Shown here piece after piece: positions 60,255 through 64,000 of a stretch of 64,000 nucleotides of DNA. The notes beneath the pieces were generated by a model, which was not told where the DNA came from, made no database searches, and saw only the letters and a program-made list of their open reading frames with translations. A program made the translations under genes and the position numbers. Each line of letters opens with the position of its first letter. Position 1 is the stretch's first letter. Where the stretch lies: contig OZ059896.1 in NCBI GenBank assembly GCA_964057225.1, positions 5,332,001 to 5,396,000 on the forward strand. The letters are read 5' to 3'. The DNA is from Auanema rhodensis. Lineage: Eukaryota; Animalia; Nematoda.

Positions 60255-60285
60255 TCACGTGAAGCGAGCGTTTCTCAATGTAGTA
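60255..60285. other. SatB/inverted SatA junction with 2-3 bp microhomology
   Basis: ...CACGTGAAGCGAG (SatB, to 60268) overlaps AGCGTTTCTCAATG (inverted SatA, from 60267). Confidence 0.93.
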
Positions 60286-63200
60286 TAGTGCATTCGATGC
60301 GGATTTTTAAGCTGCGTCGATCTGTACTATCAGATTTGCGCTAGCTTGAAAATGCACCGAGATATCAACTGATATAAGTTCACACTTATATCCTCGATTT
60401 TCACCCTGAAGAATTAATTTTTTCGTTGAATAACATTGTCCATCGTTTTTGCCTCGAAAAAAGGAATCTAAAAACATCTACTTTTCGCTAAATTATTTTG
60501 AAATTTTTCGAAAAAATTTTTGTCAAAATGTTTTTGGAAGCAATTTTGAGTGTACATGGAAACTCAACATACACTAATGCATCATTTTTCAAACGATCAT
60601 AACTAATTTTTGTATAAAGCGTTTCTCAATGTAGTATAGTGCATTCGATGCGGATTTTTAAGCTGCGTCGATCTGTACTATCAGATTTGCGCTAGCTTGA
60701 AAATGCACCGAGATATCAACTGATATAAGTTCACACTTATATCCTCGATTTTCACCCTGAAGAATTAATTTTTTCGTTGAATAACATTGTCCATCGTTTT
60801 TGCCTCAAAAAAAGGAATCTAAAAACATCTACTTTTCGCTAAATTATTTTGAAATTTTTCGAAAAAATTTTTGTCAAAATGTTTTTGGAAGCAATTTTGA
60901 GTGTACATGGAAACTCAACATACACTAATGCATCATTTTTCAAACGATCATAACTAATTTTTGTATTAAGCGTTTCTCAATGTAGTATAGTGCATTCGAT
61001 GCGGATTTTTAAGCTGCGTCGATCTGTACTATCAGATTTGCGCTAGCTTGAAAATGCACCGAGATATGAACTGATATAAGTTCACACTTATATCCTCGAT
61101 TTTCACCCTGAAGAATTAATTTTTTCGTTGAATTACACTGTCCATCGTTTTTGCCTTGAAAAAAGGAATCTAAAAACATCTACTTTTCGCTAAATTATTT
61201 TGAAATTTTTCGAAAAAATTTTTGTCAAAATGTTTTTGGAAGCAATTTTGAGTGTACATGGAAACTCAACATACACTAATGCATCATTTTTCAAACGATC
61301 ATAACTTATTTTTGTATTAAGCGTTTCTCAATGTAGTATAGTGCATTCGATGCGGATTTTTAAGCTGCGTCGATCTGTACTATCAGATTTGCGCTAGCTT
61401 GAAAATGCACCGAGATATCAACTGATATAAGTTCACACTTATATCCTCGATTTTCACCCTGAAGAATTAATTTTTTCGTTGAATAACATTGTCCATCGTT
61501 TTTGCCTCGAAAAAAGGAATCTAAAAACATCTACTTTTCGCTAAATTATTTTGAAATTTTTCGAAAAAATTTTTGTCAAAATGTTTTTGGAAGCAATTTT
61601 GAGTGTACATGGAAACTCAACATACACTAATGCATCATTTTTCAAACGATCATAACTAATTTTTGTATTAAGCGTTTCTCAATGTAGTATAGTGCATTCG
61701 ATGCGGATTTTTAAGCTGCGTCGATCTGTACTATCAGATTTGCGCTAGCTTGAAAATGCACCGAGATATCAACTGATATAAGTTCACACTTATATCCTCG
61801 ATTTTCACCCTGAAGAATTAATTTTTTCGTTGAATAACATTGTCCATCGTTTTTGCCTCAAAAAAAGGAATCTAAAAACATCTACTTTTCGCTAAATTAT
61901 TTTGAAATTTTTCGAAAAAATTTTTGTCAAAATGTTTTTGGAAGCAATTTTGAGTGTACATGGAAACTCAACATACACTATTGCATCATTTTTCAAACGA
62001 TCATAACTAATTTTTGTATTAAGCTTTTCTTAATGTAGTATAGTGCATTCGATGCGGATTTTTAAGCTGCGTCGATCTGTACTATCAGATTTGCGCTAGC
62101 TTGAAAATGCACCGAGATATGAACTGATATAAGTTCACACTTATATCCTCGATTTTCACCCTGAAGAATTAATTTTTTCGTTGAATTACATTGTCCATCG
62201 TTTTTGCCTTGAAAAAAGGAATCTAAAAACATCTACTTTTCGCTAAATTATTTTGAAATTTTTCGAAAAAATTTTTGTCAAAATGTTTTTGGAAGCAATT
62301 TTGAGTGTACATTTAAACTCAACATACACTAATGCATCATTTTTCAAACGATCATAACTTATTTTTGTATTAAGCGTTTCTCAATGTAGTATAGTGCATT
62401 CGATGCGGATTTTTAAGCTGCGTCGATCTGTACTATCAGATTTGCGCTAGCTTGAAAATGCACCGAGATATGAACTGATATAAGTTCACACTTATATCCT
62501 CGATTTTCACCCTGAAGAATTAATTTTTTCGTTGAATTACATTGTCCATCGTTTTTGCCTTGAAAAAAGGAATCTAAAAACATCTACTTTTCGCTATATT
62601 ATTTTGAAATTTTTCGAAAAAATTTTTGTCAAAATGTTTTTGGAAGCAATTTTGAGTGTACATGGAAACTCAACATACACTAATGCATCATTTTTCAAAC
62701 GATCATAACTAATTTTTGTATTAAGCGTTTCTCAATGTAGTATAGTGCATTCGATGCGGATTTTTAAGCTGCGTCGATTTGTACTATCAGATTTGCGCTA
62801 GCTTGAAAATGCACCGAGATATCAACTGATATAAGTTCACACCTATATCCTCGATTTTCACCCTGAAGAATTAATTTTTTCGTTGAATAACATTGTCCAT
62901 CGTTTTTGCCTTGAAAAAAGGAATCTAAAAACATCTACTTTTTGCTAAATTATTTTGAAATTTTTCGAAAAAATTTTTGTCAAAATGTTTTTGGAAGCAA
63001 TTTTGAGTGTACATGGAAACTCAACATACACTAATGCATCATTTTTCAAACGATCATAACTTATTTTTGTATTAAGCGTTTCTCAATGTAGTATAGTGCA
63101 TTCGATGCGGATTTTTAAGCTGCGTCGATCTGTACTATCAGATTTGCGCTAGCTTGAAAATGCACCGAGATATGAACTGATATAAGTTCACACTTATATC

Positions 63201-64000
63201 CTCGATTTTCACCCTGAAGAATTAATTTTTTCGTTGAATTACATTGTCCATCGTTTTTGCCTTGAAAAAAGGAATCTAAAAACATCTACTTTTCGCTATA
63301 TTATTTTGAAATTTTTCGAAAAAATTTTTGTCAAAATGTTTTTGGAAGCAATTTTGAGTGTACATGGAAACTCAACATACACTAATGCATCATTTTTCAA
63401 ACGATCATAACTAATTTTTGTATTAAGCGTTTCTCAATGTAGTATAGTGCATTCGATGCGGATTTTTAAGCTGCGTCGATCTGTACTATCAGATTTGCGC
63501 TAGCTTGAAAATGCACCGAGATATGAACTGATATAAGTTCACACTTATATCCTCGATTTTCACCCTGAAGAATTAATTTTTTCGTTGAATTACACTGTCC
63601 ATCGTTTTTGCCTTGAAAAAAGGAATCTAAAAACATCTACTTTTCGCTAAATTATTTTGAAATTTTTCGAAAAAATTTTTGTCAAAATGTTTTTGGAAGC
63701 AATTTTGAGTGTACATGGAAACTCAACATACACTAATGCATCATTTTTCAAACGATCATAACTTATTTTTGTATTAAGCGTTTCTCAATGTAGTATAGTG
63801 CATTCGATGCGGATTTTTAAGCTGCGTCGATCTGTACTATCAGATTTGCGCTAGCTTGAAAATGCACCGAGATATGAACTGATATAAGTTCACACTTATA
63901 TCCTCGATTTTCACCCTGAAGAATTAATTTTTTCGTTGAATAACATTGTCCATCGTTTTTGCCTTGAAAAAAGGAATCTAAAAACATCTACTTTTCGCTA
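60267..64000 (-). repeat. Inverted tandem array of the 351-bp satellite (SatA, right subfamily), ~10.6 copies; continues beyond window end
   Basis: Reverse complement of SatA (e.g. GTGCATTCGATGCGGATTTTTAAGCTGCGTCGATC). Period is 351 (CGTTTCTC at 60269, 60620, 60971, 61322 ... 63779). About 10 diagnostic substitutions versus the left array. Confidence 0.99.

Larger units (their letters stand above)
28453..60268 (+). repeat. Tandem satellite array, 176-bp monomer (SatB), ~180.8 copies, complete within the window
   Basis: GTTCACGTAA recurs at 28461, 28637, 28813, 28989 ... 60142. Net phase shift is +1, from 1-bp insertions near 33085 and 35022 and a 1-bp deletion near 50892. Strand assignment is arbitrary. 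Confidence 0.99.

Noticed and set aside
28453-60268. CRISPR array, suggested by palindromic repeats at regular spacing
   Set aside because: No unique spacers (the whole 176 bp repeats) and no cas genes.
28453-60268. Identity with alpha satellite, Arabidopsis CEN178, or (for SatA) the Drosophila 359-bp satellite
   Set aside because: Only the lengths are similar; I recognise no sequence match. A BLAST/Dfam search is needed to name the families.
60422-60438. CENP-B-box-like TTCGTTGAA
   Set aside because: Lacks the CGGG half of YTTCGTTGGAARCGGGA.
60404-60470. Hammerhead ribozyme core CTGAAGA on the SatA minus strand (satellite hammerheads exist in some animals)
   Set aside because: No stem II followed by GAAA could be built, and the motif is lost in the common CACGG variant. 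An Infernal search would settle it.
61853-62038. 61-aa ORF in the inverted array
   Set aside because: Chance antisense frame in a single variant monomer with a TTG start.
1-64000. Giant foldback/TIR transposon
   Set aside because: No transposase, the outer ends lie outside the window, the arms are ~3% diverged subfamilies, and the inner breakpoints are not mirror images.

Overview
The window is entirely AT-rich (~31-32% GC, counted by hand on one monomer of each family) tandem satellite DNA, almost certainly eukaryotic heterochromatin and possibly (peri)centromeric. It has three abutting blocks with no unique spacer. (1) 1..28453: ~81 copies of a 351-bp monomer (SatA), + orientation, with no phase shift. 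(2) 28453..60268: ~181 copies of a 176-bp monomer (SatB), rich in palindromes and CACGTG E-boxes. (3) 60267..64000: ~10.6 copies of a distinct SatA subfamily in the opposite orientation. The 32-kb SatB block is therefore the spacer of a large imperfect inverted repeat. I find no credible protein-coding gene, RNA gene, transposon or CRISPR array; the repeated 63-aa ORF is a by-product of the repeat. The main points of interest are the inverted-arm architecture, the near 2:1 monomer lengths (351 = 2x176-1), short motifs shared by the two families, layered and higher-order haplotype structure, and base-resolved junctions. I cannot identify the organism or name the satellite families from sequence alone.
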